A DNA stretch of 64,000 nucleotides. It comes from a bacterium. Lineage in GTDB: Bacteria; Auribacterota; UBA3054. The notes beneath the pieces were generated by a model, which was given only the letters and a program-made list of their open reading frames with translations, made no database searches and had not been told where the DNA came from. Below, piece by piece: positions 26,540 through 34,904 of this stretch; positions within the stretch are counted from its first letter, which is position 1; every line of letters begins with the position of its first letter. Where the stretch lies: contig JAFZXZ010000032.1 in assembly GCA_017616555.1 (NCBI GenBank), positions 41,099-105,098 of the forward strand, in the 5' to 3' direction. Made by a program: the position numbers and the translations under genes.

Positions 26540-27856
26540 TTATTTTTCCTTGGGTCGATTGTCGATTACGCGGGCTGCTTTGCCGGTGAAGCGCTCGATG
26601 CTTTGCGGCTGGACCAGGTCCACTTCGAAGTGGATGCCGGTATAGGAGCGGATGGTCTCCTCCAGCCTGTTTTTAAGCATCTGCATCTCGCTCATCTTGT
26701 CGGAGAAGAAGGCCGGGGCCATCTCCACTTTCACGACCGAGCGGTCGAGGGAGCCGGGGCGGTCCAATACGATGAGGAAGTTCGGCGTGACGTCTTTGCA
26801 CTGCAGAAGCGCTTCTTCCACCTGGCTGGGGAAGACGTTGACGCCTCTTATTATCAGCATGTCGTCGGAACGGCCTTTAATTCTGCTCATCCTCTTGGTC
26901 GTTCTGCCGCAGGGGCAGTCAGTGTCGCTGATAAGGTAGGCCAGGTCTCTGGTGCGGTACCTTATCATAGGCATGGCTTCCTTGTTGAGGGCGGTGATGA
27001 CCAGCTCTCCCAGCTGTCCGTCCGGAACGGGCTCCAGCGTTTCGGGATCCAGGCATTCCACCAGGAAGTAATCCTCCTGGATGTGCATGCCGGTGTGATA
27101 GACGCACTCTCCGCTGATGCCAGGCCCCAGGACTTCCGAGAGACCGTAGTTGTTGCAGGTGTTGACCTGGAGCTTATCCTCGATGTAGAGGCGCATGTCT
27201 TCGGTCCAGGGTTCGCTGCCAAGGAAGGCCACTTTCAGATTCAAGCTTTCCCTTGGGATCTTCTCCTCTTCCATGTACTCGATCAAGCGCAGTGCGTAGG
27301 TCGGAGTGCAGACCAAAAGCTCCGGCTGAAGGTCCTGCAGGAGCGTGAACTGGCGCCTGGTGTTGCCGCTGGCGGCGGGGATGATGGAGGAGCCGATCTT
27401 CTCAAGGCCGTAGTGCAATCCGAAGCCGCCGGTGAAGAGGCCGTAGCCGAAACTGATCTGGGCGGTGTTGCCGGGGCGGGCGCCGCCAGCGTACAAAAAG
27501 CGGGCCACAAGGTCGGACCACATCTCAAGGTCGTTTTTCGTGTAGGCGACGAAGGTCGGTTTGCCCGTCGTGCCAGAGGAGCCGTGGAAACGCAAAACCT
27601 TTTCCTTGGGCACAGCCAGCAGTCCCAGGGGATAGTTGTTGCGCATGTCGGTCTTGGTCGTGAAGGGCAGATGCCTTACGTCGGCTACGCTCTTTATGTC
27701 CTCAGGCCCTATGCCGATCTCCTTGAACTTCTTTGCGTAGAAGGGGACGTTCATCACCTGCTTGACAGTCGCTCTCAGTCTCTGGACCTGAATGTTCTCG
27801 ATCTCGTCTCTGGATAAGCATTCCGCCTTATCCCAAATCTTGTTTTCCAGTTTCAT
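26540..27856 (-). CDS. Phenylacetate-CoA ligase family protein (PaaK / coenzyme F390 synthetase-like), copy 1
   Basis: Adenylate-forming motifs HGSSGTTGKPT, YGLFTGGFGLHYG, YGLSEVLGPG, YRTRD, DDMLIIRGVNVFPSQVE. Confidence 0.85.
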   Translation of the reverse strand: MKLENKIWDKAECLSRDEIENIQVQRLRATVKQVMNVPFYAKKFKEIGIGPEDIKSVADVRHLPFTTKTDMRNNYPLGLLAVPKEKVLRFHGSSGTTGKPTFVAYTKNDLEMWSDLVARFLYAGGARPGNTAQISFGYGLFTGGFGLHYGLEKIGSSIIPAASGNTRRQFTLLQDLQPELLVCTPTYALRLIEYMEEEKIPRESLNLKVAFLGSEPWTEDMRLYIEDKLQVNTCNNYGLSEVLGPGISGECVYHTGMHIQEDYFLVECLDPETLEPVPDGQLGELVITALNKEAMPMIRYRTRDLAYLISDTDCPCGRTTKRMSRIKGRSDDMLIIRGVNVFPSQVEEALLQCKDVTPNFLIVLDRPGSLDRSVVKVEMAPAFFSDKMSEMQMLKNRLEETIRSYTGIHFEVDLVQPQSIERFTGKAARVIDNRPKEK

Positions 27857-27866
27857 TTTTCCAGTC

Positions 27867-28295
27867 TTATTTATTGGTGTTGAAAAGTTCGTGCGAACTC
27901 AATACGCAGAATCCGTTGGATATAAGTTTCTGATAGGCCTTTTCCGTATTGTCCACGCGGTAGAGGAAGATGTGGCGGTTGGCGAAGGCGTAAACGTACT
28001 CCACGTTGATGCCCTCTTTGTTCAGGATCTCGGCGACCTGCGCCAATCTTCCGGGCTGGTTGTCGATCCTGACCGCCAGGACATCGGCGATGTTGACGAT
28101 GAAGCCCTCTTTCTCCAATAGGGCCTTCGAGGATTCCGCATCCTCGACGATCAGACGCAGGATGCCGAACTGGGCGGTGTCGGCCAGAGTCAGGGTGTAG
28201 ATGTTTATTCCGGCGTCGCCCAAAGCCTTGCAGATGCTATAGACGTGTCCGGGCTTGTTTTCCAAAAAGAGGGAAAGCTGTTTTACGGTTTCCAT
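27867..28295 (-). CDS. ACT domain-containing protein, copy 1
   Basis: Two ACT-like halves (LSLFLENKPGHVYSICKALGDAGINI ; IDNQPGRLAQVAEILNKEGINVEY). 142 aa. Confidence 0.75.
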   Translation of the reverse strand: METVKQLSLFLENKPGHVYSICKALGDAGINIYTLTLADTAQFGILRLIVEDAESSKALLEKEGFIVNIADVLAVRIDNQPGRLAQVAEILNKEGINVEYVYAFANRHIFLYRVDNTEKAYQKLISNGFCVLSSHELFNTNK

Positions 28296-28403
28296 TTATT
28301 TATGCTCCTTTGGTTAGAGAAAATAGTTTCTAATCTTATATGATAACATACCGGGCAAGAGGGTGGTCCTGCCCGGTATGAAAAGCGCGGAAAAACGGAG
28401 CGC

Positions 28404-29717
28404 TTATTTGTTGCGCAGGTCGGTGACGCGCTTGGCTTTGCCCATGGAGCGCTCTAGGCTTCCCGGCTCCACGGGAGTGACCGTGACGGCCAGGCCGATG
28501 ATGCTCTTAATGGCGTTGCCGATCTTTTTCTGGATGACTTCGATGGAGCGGATGGTGTCGCCGAAGAGCTCGGCGGAAAGCTCCACCTGCACTTCCAGGG
28601 TGTCGAGGTCGCCGTGGCGCCTGACGATGATGTGGTAGTGCGGCTGGACGCCCGGGATCGTCAGGAGCGCCGCTTCGATCTGGCTCGGGAAGACGTTGAC
28701 GCCTCTTATTATCAGCATGTCGTCGTTCCTGTGGTCGATGCGTTTTATTCTCCTGATGGTGCGGCCGCATTCGCAAGTCCCCTTGACGATGACGGAGATG
28801 TCCCTGGTGCGGTACCTTATCATGGGCATGCCGAACTTGTGCAAAGTAGTGATGACCAGTTCGCCTTCCGTGCCGTCAGGCAGCGCTTCGCCGGTCTCGG
28901 GGTCGATGATCTCGGGATAATAGAGGTCTTCGAACATGTGCAATCCCGTCCTGGCAGGGCAGTCCATGGCCACGCCCGGTCCACTGATCTCGGTCAGCCC
29001 GTAGATGTCCCAGGCCTTGATGCCGGATTCTTCCTCGATCCTCTGGCGCATCTCGTTGGTCCAGGGCTCGGCGCCGAAGATGCCGTTACGAAGTTTCATC
29101 TTCTTGAAGTCGTAGCCCAGCTGCTTGGCTTTTTCGATGATGTGCAGGAAGTAGCTTGGCGTGCAGCTTATGCAGGTCACGCCGAAGTCGCTCATCAGTT
29201 TTATCTGGCGCTCAGTGTTGCCGCTGGAGATGGGCAATACGGTGGCGCCCAGTCCTTCGGCGCCGTAATGCAACCCCATGCCGCCGGTGAAGAGGCCGTA
29301 GCCGTAGGCATTCTGGATGATGTCGCCGCTTCCTATGCCGGCGATCATGAGGGCGCGCATGGTGGCTTCCTGCCAGCAGGCCACGTCTTCCCTGGTATAG
29401 GCGATGACGATGGGGCTTCCGGTGGTGCCGGAACTGGCCTGCAGTCTGATGATGTCATCCATGGGGACGGACAAGAGGCCGAAGGGATAAGTGTCCCTGA
29501 GGTCAACTTTCTTGAAGAAGGGCAGCTTCTGGATGTCCTTCATCTCCTTGATGCAGGTGTCGTCAAGACCTTTCTCCTGCATGCGGGATCTGAAGAGCGC
29601 CTGGTTTTTGTAGGCGTGGGAAACTATGTTTTTAAGCCTTGCGAGCTGGATGGACTCCAGTTCGTCGCGGCTCATGAAATCTTTTTGCGCTAAGGCTTGT
29701 AGGGCGGATTTTTCCAT
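28404..29717 (-). CDS. Phenylacetate-CoA ligase family protein, copy 2 (diverged paralog)
   Basis: QASSGTTGSPI, YGLFTGGMGLHYG, YGLTEISGPG, YRTRD, DDMLIIRGVNVFPSQIE. Confidence 0.85.
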   Translation of the reverse strand: MEKSALQALAQKDFMSRDELESIQLARLKNIVSHAYKNQALFRSRMQEKGLDDTCIKEMKDIQKLPFFKKVDLRDTYPFGLLSVPMDDIIRLQASSGTTGSPIVIAYTREDVACWQEATMRALMIAGIGSGDIIQNAYGYGLFTGGMGLHYGAEGLGATVLPISSGNTERQIKLMSDFGVTCISCTPSYFLHIIEKAKQLGYDFKKMKLRNGIFGAEPWTNEMRQRIEEESGIKAWDIYGLTEISGPGVAMDCPARTGLHMFEDLYYPEIIDPETGEALPDGTEGELVITTLHKFGMPMIRYRTRDISVIVKGTCECGRTIRRIKRIDHRNDDMLIIRGVNVFPSQIEAALLTIPGVQPHYHIIVRRHGDLDTLEVQVELSAELFGDTIRSIEVIQKKIGNAIKSIIGLAVTVTPVEPGSLERSMGKAKRVTDLRNK

Positions 29718-29732
29718 ATTGTTATTTTTGTT

Positions 29733-30161
29733 TTAGTTTTCGTCGGAGAAGAGTTCCTCGTGGGAGAGAAGGGTGAAGCCGTTCTCGCTCAGGATCTGGA
29801 AGGCTTTTTCGTTGTCGCTCACCCTGAGGAGGAAGATGCGGCGCATCGCGAAAGCGTAAGCGTATTCCAAGTTGATGTCAAGTGAGGAGAGCAGTTCGTA
29901 GATCTTGGCCAAAACTCCCGGACGGTTGTCTATTCTGACCGCCAGAAGCTCGGTTATGTTAACTATCACTCCTCCTTTTTTAAGCAGCTCGCCGGCCGCT
30001 TCGGGTTTCTCTACGATCAAACGCAGAAGCCCGAACTGATTCGTGTCGGCCAAGGATAGCGTAAAGATGTTTATGCCGGCGTCGCCTAAAGTCTTGCAGA
30101 TGTTGTAAGCGTGCCCCGGCTTGTTCTCCAGAAAAACGGAAAGCTGTTTTGCAGTTTTCAT
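29733..30161 (-). CDS. ACT domain-containing protein, copy 2
   Basis: Same length (142 aa) as copy 1 and clearly homologous to it (LSVFLENKPGHAYNICKTLGDAGINI ; IDNRPGVLAKIYELLSSLDINLEY). Confidence 0.75.
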   Translation of the reverse strand: MKTAKQLSVFLENKPGHAYNICKTLGDAGINIFTLSLADTNQFGLLRLIVEKPEAAGELLKKGGVIVNITELLAVRIDNRPGVLAKIYELLSSLDINLEYAYAFAMRRIFLLRVSDNEKAFQILSENGFTLLSHEELFSDEN

Positions 30162-30301
30162 TTGTTTGTCTCCATAATGGGAAGCGGTGAACTTTATACT
30201 TCCTTTCGTTGTCGGAATGTATTTTCTATAAGTTTAGCAAAAAACTTCCGGAAAAATCCACTGCTTAATCTTTTTTCCGACCCGCCTTTCTCCCTAAGCC
30301 C

Positions 30302-30330
30302 TTGCAAAATGAAAATGAAAGTGCTACCAT
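30302..30330 (+). promoter_or_regulatory. Putative sigma-70 promoter of the aromatic supraoperon leader (TTGCAA-17-TACCAT)
   Basis: TTGCAA at 30302-30307, a 17-nt spacer, and TACCAT at 30325-30330. It would start transcription about 20-30 nt before the leader ATG at 30363. Confidence 0.35.
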
Positions 30331-30362
30331 ATTCGCAATCAATCACGGAAAACTGTCTCTTA

Positions 30363-30437
30363 ATGAAAATCAATTTCGGCTATTGGTTCTACTTTTATTA
30401 CACCGAGCTTTCTCAAGCTGGGGGAACCTTGTCGTAG
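30363..30437 (+). CDS. Candidate attenuator leader peptide MKINFGYWFYFYYTELSQAGGTLS (24 aa)
   Basis: Read directly: atg aaa atc aat ttc ggc tat tgg ttc tac ttt tat tac acc ... tag. Eight of nine consecutive codons are Phe/Tyr/Trp. It lies between a putative promoter and a strong terminator upstream of the DAHP synthase gene. The SD is weak (ggaaaa). Confidence 0.55.
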   Translation: MKINFGYWFYFYYTELSQAGGTLS

Positions 30438-30464
30438 TTGAATAAAAGTGGATTCCGAATACGA

Positions 30465-30503
30465 AAAGAGCCTGGCTTGAGCAAAGCCAGGCTCTTTCTT
30501 TTT
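30465..30503 (+). terminator. Intrinsic terminator within the 5' leader of the aromatic supraoperon (candidate attenuator)
   Basis: A 12-14 bp stem, aaagagcctggc(tt) 30465-30478 with (aa)gccaggctcttt 30484-30497, followed by cttttt. It sits only about 35 nt upstream of the ATG at 30537. Segment 30412-30422 (ctcaagctggg) can pair instead with 30471-30481 (cctggcttgag) as an antiterminator. Confidence 0.7.
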
Positions 30504-30536
30504 AAGCAAATAATAATCAACAAATAAGGAAAAACT

Positions 30537-31544
30537 ATGATAATCATCATCAAGCAAGGCGCCCAGAAAAGCCAGGTGGACAACCTCATCAATTGGCTGA
30601 AGGCCCAGAACATCGATCCGCACATCTCCGTCGGTTCCCATGAAACTCTTATTGGCTGCGTCGGCGACGTGGCGCATCTCGACATCGACCTTGTCTCCGC
30701 CCTCGACGTGGTGGCCAGCGTGCAGCGCGTGGGCGACCCCTACAAGGCCGCCAACCGCAAGTTTCATCCGGACGACTCCATAATAGACTGCGGCGGCGTG
30801 CTTATCGGCGGCGGTAATTTTCAGGTCATCGCCGGCCCCTGCAGCGTGGAGAGCGAGGAGCAGATAATAGAGGTGGCCAAGGCGGTCAAAGCCGCCGGCG
30901 CGACGCTTCTAAGGGGCGGCGCCTTCAAGCCCAGGACGAGCCCATACTCCTTCCAGGGCTTGGGCGTGGAAGGCTTGAAGATGCTTCTGGCGGCCAAGAA
31001 GGAAACAGGCCTTCCTATCGTCACAGAGCTTATGAACTTCTCCCAGTTCGAATATTTCAACGACGTGGACGTCATCCAGATCGGCGCCCGCAATATGCAG
31101 AACTTCGACATCCTCAAAGAAGTCGGCCACAACACCAAGAAGCCCATCCTTCTGAAGAGAGGACTTTCCTCCACTTTGCAGGAACTACTTATGAGCGCGG
31201 AATACATCATGGCGTCCGGCAACCCCAACGTCATCCTCTGCGAACGCGGCATCAGGACCTTCGAGACGGCCACCAGGAACACCATCGACCTTTCCGTGGT
31301 GCCGCTTCTCCACCAGTTCTCGCACCTTCCGGTGGTGGTCGATCCCAGCCACGCCACCGGCGTCGCCAGGCTCGTGCATCCGGTGGCGGTGGCCGCCACG
31401 GCCATCGGCGCGGACGGCCTCATAATAGAAGTCCACAACGATCCGCCCAAGGCCAAGTGCGACGGCGCCCAGAGCCAGACGCCCGCCATGTTCGCCGAGA
31501 CTATGAAGGCGATCAAAGCGGTCAGGCCCTACGCTTGCCGTTAA
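30537..31544 (+). CDS. aroF: 3-deoxy-7-phosphoheptulonate (DAHP) synthase, type I-beta with an N-terminal ferredoxin-like regulatory domain
   Basis: N-terminal ~70-aa ACT/FL-like domain (MIIIIKQGAQKSQVDNLINWLK). Core blocks: IAGPCSVES, LRGGAFKPRTSPYSFQG, IQIGARNMQNF, ILCERGIRTFE, VVDPSHATG. Confidence 0.9.
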   Translation: MIIIIKQGAQKSQVDNLINWLKAQNIDPHISVGSHETLIGCVGDVAHLDIDLVSALDVVASVQRVGDPYKAANRKFHPDDSIIDCGGVLIGGGNFQVIAGPCSVESEEQIIEVAKAVKAAGATLLRGGAFKPRTSPYSFQGLGVEGLKMLLAAKKETGLPIVTELMNFSQFEYFNDVDVIQIGARNMQNFDILKEVGHNTKKPILLKRGLSSTLQELLMSAEYIMASGNPNVILCERGIRTFETATRNTIDLSVVPLLHQFSHLPVVVDPSHATGVARLVHPVAVAATAIGADGLIIEVHNDPPKAKCDGAQSQTPAMFAETMKAIKAVRPYACR

Positions 31545-31587
31545 GGGTATAATATAAATACTTTGAGATAAACGAAAAAGAAGACCT

Positions 31588-32733
31588 ATGGACAAGGAAA
31601 ACATCAGAAACGAGATCGACGCCATCGACGACAAAATAGTCGATCTTTATTTGAAGCGCTTCGAGTGCGTCAAAAAAGTCGCTGAAGTGAAGCAGCAGGA
31701 AAATCTGCCTGTCAGCGATCCGGCAAGGGAAAGGGAGATCCTGAACAGACTGTCCCTCGCCGCCGGACCGGAATACGAAAACGAGATCGCCATGCTCTTC
31801 AGTACGCTCTTCAGTCTTTCCCGCGCCAAGGAACGCAAGTTCATTACGAAGGAAAGCAAACTGGAAGGCGAGATCAAAAGAGCCGTGGCCATGGCTCCCT
31901 CTGAGTTCCCCTCCCACGCCACGGTGGCCTGCCAGGGGACGGAAGGCGCTTTCAGTCAGCAGGCGGCCTCCACCTTCTTCAAGTTTCCCGCCATTCTCTT
32001 CTTCAACTCCTTTGCCGACATCTTCAGCGCCGTGGAGAAAGGCATGTGCCAGTACGGCGTGCTGCCAATAGAAAACTCCTCGGCCGGCTCCGTCACCACG
32101 GTCTATGACAACATGCTGCGTCACGACTTCAGGATCGTCAAGGCCTGCAAGCTGCATGTCTCCCACGTCCTTCTGGCCAAGAAAGGCGTCAGGATGAGCG
32201 ACATCAAGGAAATAAAGAGCCATCCCCAGGCGCTCTCCCAGTGCTCGAAGTTTTTACTTAACATGCGGAACGTCAAGCAGACGCCCACCGCCAACACGGC
32301 TCTGGCCGCCAGGGAACTCAGTGAGAGCGGACGCACGGACCAGGCGGTCATCGCCTCCAGAAAGTGCGCCGAGCTTTACAATCTCGAAATTATAAAGGAC
32401 GAGATCTGCGACACGCCCTCCAACTTCACCCGCTTCATCTGCATATCCAGGGAACTGGAGATCTACAAGGACGCCTCCAAGATCTCCCTAATCATGACGC
32501 TGCCCCACAAGCCGGGCTCTTTGGCCAATATTCTGGCAAGGTTCTCCTCCATCGGGCTGAATCTCACCAAATTGGAATCGCGTCCCATTCCCGGCATGGA
32601 ATTCGAGTTCCGCTTCACCTTCGAGTTCGAATCCAAGCCCAACGACCCGGGCGCCATCAAGCTTTTATCCGAACTCTCCACCGACCCGGACATCGAGCAG
32701 TTCACTTTCTTAGGAGCGTATGCAGAGATCTGA
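31588..32733 (+). CDS. pheA: Bifunctional chorismate mutase / prephenate dehydratase (P-protein)
   Basis: CM domain (IRNEIDAIDDKIVDLYLKRFECVKKVAEVK), PDT domain (VACQGTEGAFSQQAA..YGVLPIENSSAGSV), C-terminal ACT (SLIMTLPHKPGSLANILARFSSIGLNLTKLESRP). Confidence 0.9.
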   Translation: MDKENIRNEIDAIDDKIVDLYLKRFECVKKVAEVKQQENLPVSDPAREREILNRLSLAAGPEYENEIAMLFSTLFSLSRAKERKFITKESKLEGEIKRAVAMAPSEFPSHATVACQGTEGAFSQQAASTFFKFPAILFFNSFADIFSAVEKGMCQYGVLPIENSSAGSVTTVYDNMLRHDFRIVKACKLHVSHVLLAKKGVRMSDIKEIKSHPQALSQCSKFLLNMRNVKQTPTANTALAARELSESGRTDQAVIASRKCAELYNLEIIKDEICDTPSNFTRFICISRELEIYKDASKISLIMTLPHKPGSLANILARFSSIGLNLTKLESRPIPGMEFEFRFTFEFESKPNDPGAIKLLSELSTDPDIEQFTFLGAYAEI

Positions 32734-33520
32734 TCTCAAAGAAATCGCCATCGTTGGCCTCGGCCTCATCGGCGGCTCTTTTTTCAAGGCCGCCCAAAAG
32801 GCCGGCTACAACGTCAGGGGCATCGACAGGAACGATCCTGTAGAGGTCTCGAATTCCGACCTCGTCATCATCGCTCTTCACCCGACGCTTACCGTAAAAT
32901 GGCTCCTTGAGCACGCCGCCGATCTGAAAAAAGGCGCGCTTACTATCGACGTCTGCGGCGTAAAAAGCGCCGTCATAAAAGAGCTCGCTCCCAAACTGAA
33001 CGGCAGCTTCACCTTCATCGGCGGACACCCCATGGCCGGGAAGGAAGTCAGTGGTTTCGAGAATTCCGATGCGGAGCTATTCCGAGGCGCTTCCATGATC
33101 CTGACGCCCTTCCCGCAGGATCAAAAGATTGCGGAAGACATTGTACCTTTCTTCACCGAACTGGGCTTCAAGGAAGTCGTTTTCACCACGCCCGAAGATC
33201 ACGACAAAAGGATCGCCTACACCAGCCAGCTCTGCCACCTTGTTTCCTCCGCCTACCTGAGGGACGAGCTTGCCCTTAAGCGCTCCGGCTTTTCCGCCGG
33301 CAGTTTCAGGGACCTGTCAAGAGTTGGCGCGCCCGACCCCGAGCTCTGGTCGGAATTGTTCCTCATGAACAAAACGGAGCTTCTGCCGGTTCTCAAGAGA
33401 ATGATCAAAAGGCTCACGGATTTCCAGACCGCCATCGCAAACGATGACAGGGAGAGCCTGGTCTCCCAGCTCGCGGAAGGCCAAGTTATAAAAGAAAAAC
33501 TGCAAGGGGAGGAAAAATAA
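32720..33520 (+). CDS. tyrA: Prephenate dehydrogenase
   Basis: Rossmann motif IAIVGLGLIGGSF, GGHPMAGKE, SQLCHLVS. Overlaps the pheA end by 14 nt. Confidence 0.85.
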   Translation: MQRSDLKEIAIVGLGLIGGSFFKAAQKAGYNVRGIDRNDPVEVSNSDLVIIALHPTLTVKWLLEHAADLKKGALTIDVCGVKSAVIKELAPKLNGSFTFIGGHPMAGKEVSGFENSDAELFRGASMILTPFPQDQKIAEDIVPFFTELGFKEVVFTTPEDHDKRIAYTSQLCHLVSSAYLRDELALKRSGFSAGSFRDLSRVGAPDPELWSELFLMNKTELLPVLKRMIKRLTDFQTAIANDDRESLVSQLAEGQVIKEKLQGEEK

Positions 33521-33521
33521 A

Positions 33522-34901
33522 ATGTCAGCAATCTTTCTTTACGGACCTCCCGCCAGCGGGAAGACCACCGTTGGCAGAAATCTCTCGCTCAGTTTAGGCA
33601 GGCCGTTTTTCGATCTCGACGAAGTGATCGAGGAAAAAGTTGGCAAAAAAATTCCTGCCATTTTCGAAGAAGGCGGCGAAGCGCTTTTCCGCAAGATCGA
33701 AAAAGAAACGCTCTTTGAGCTTACCCGAAAAGAGAACTTCAACAGCAGCGTGGTCTCTTTGGGCGGCGGCACGCTCCTCGATCCCGAGAACCGCATGCTG
33801 GCGGAAAGAGTAGGCCGCGTCTGGCTTCTGGAAGCACCTTCTCCTGAAGAATTGGAAAAGCGTTTTCAAAGGAACCCCAATGCCCGCCCGCTTGGCAACA
33901 AGGCCGAGGAAAGAAAAGAGCATTACGCTTCCTTCAAAAGCAGGATTGCCAAAACTTTCCTGCTTCCCACATCCCTTGTCATCGTCGGCGAAGGCCTTGG
34001 CCCCCTTTGTGATTTTGCCAAACTTGTGATCGCCGACACCAACGCCGCCAACTGCCAGCCGGAAGCTTTGAAAAACACCGCGCTGGAACTCATCCCTTCC
34101 GGCGAAGAGATAAAGAATATCACCACCATTGAAAAGATCTGGGGTCTTCTAAATGACCACGCCATCGGCAGGAAGGACATAATCGCTTCCTTCGGCGGGG
34201 GAGTGACCAGCGATCTAGTAGGTTTCGCCGCCGCCACCTGGATGCGCGGAATCGATTGGATCAATTTCCCAACGACCTTGCTTGCCATGGTGGACGCTTC
34301 CACCGGCGGCAAGACGGGCTGCGACCTCGCTATCGGAAAGAACCTGGTCGGCGCTTTCCATTCTCCCAGGCTTATTCTTATCGATGCCGACCGTTTGAAT
34401 ACTCTTCCACTTAAGGAACTGAAAGTCGGCAAGGCGGAAATGATCAAGCACGCGCTCATCAGCGGGAGCGAGCCGAAATTCTCCGAGATCCCGACCGCCA
34501 GGGAGATCGCCGACAATCTGAAAGTGAAAGTCGATATCGTCAGGGAAGATCCCTTCGAGAGAAGCGGAAAACGCATTCTTTTAAACTGCGGCCACACCGT
34601 CGGCCACGCCCTGGAACTCATGAGCAACTTTACGATAAGCCACGGCGAAGCGGTGGCCATAGGCTGCGTCGAGGAAGCACGTATCGCCCAAAGAATGGGC
34701 CTGGCCAAAGATAGTTTCCCCGAAGAACTGGCGGAGGTCTTCTCCGCCCACGGCCTTCCCACCAAGCTTCCCGAAGGCATAGTTCTGGACGACCTGAAGC
34801 TTATCATGCGCCGCGACAAAAAGAGATCCGGCAACACCGTTACTTTCTCCCTGCCCTGCGCCTGGGGCAGCGTCATAGCCACCAAGATCTCACTGGAGTA
34901 A
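33522..34901 (+). CDS. aroK/aroB: Fused shikimate kinase / 3-dehydroquinate synthase
   Basis: The N-terminal ~150 aa has the P-loop IFLYGPPASGKTTVGRNLS and LGGGTLLDPEN. The rest is DHQS: FGGGVTSDLVGFAAATWMRGIDWINFPTTLLAMVDASTGGKTG, NCGHTVGHALE, HGEAVAIG. Confidence 0.88.
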   Translation: MSAIFLYGPPASGKTTVGRNLSLSLGRPFFDLDEVIEEKVGKKIPAIFEEGGEALFRKIEKETLFELTRKENFNSSVVSLGGGTLLDPENRMLAERVGRVWLLEAPSPEELEKRFQRNPNARPLGNKAEERKEHYASFKSRIAKTFLLPTSLVIVGEGLGPLCDFAKLVIADTNAANCQPEALKNTALELIPSGEEIKNITTIEKIWGLLNDHAIGRKDIIASFGGGVTSDLVGFAAATWMRGIDWINFPTTLLAMVDASTGGKTGCDLAIGKNLVGAFHSPRLILIDADRLNTLPLKELKVGKAEMIKHALISGSEPKFSEIPTAREIADNLKVKVDIVREDPFERSGKRILLNCGHTVGHALELMSNFTISHGEAVAIGCVEEARIAQRMGLAKDSFPEELAEVFSAHGLPTKLPEGIVLDDLKLIMRRDKKRSGNTVTFSLPCAWGSVIATKISLE

Positions 34902-34904
34902 GCG

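Noticed and set aside
28296-28403. A hairpin (ataccgggca..tgcccggtat) between the two ACT/ligase modules, as a possible internal terminator.
   Set aside because: It has no convincing U-run on the minus strand. It may be an mRNA processing or stability element or nothing at all, and the evidence is too weak to annotate.
30111-30362. The upstream part of the listed 108-aa ORF, and the alternative upstream ATGs (MKMKV...) for the leader peptide.
   Set aside because: The 108-aa ORF begins inside the divergent ACT gene and crosses the whole control region. The upstream ATGs overlap the putative promoter. Only the last 24 codons from ATG 30363 make sense as a leader peptide. I cannot exclude a longer leader starting at 30309.
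30162-30536. A T-box or a known riboswitch as the explanation for the leader terminator upstream of the DAHPS gene.
   Set aside because: I looked for the T-box consensus (AAnnnGGGTGGTACCGCG-like) and a specifier-loop architecture and did not see them. The aromatic-codon mini-ORF is a simpler explanation. A covariance-model scan (Rfam) would settle this.
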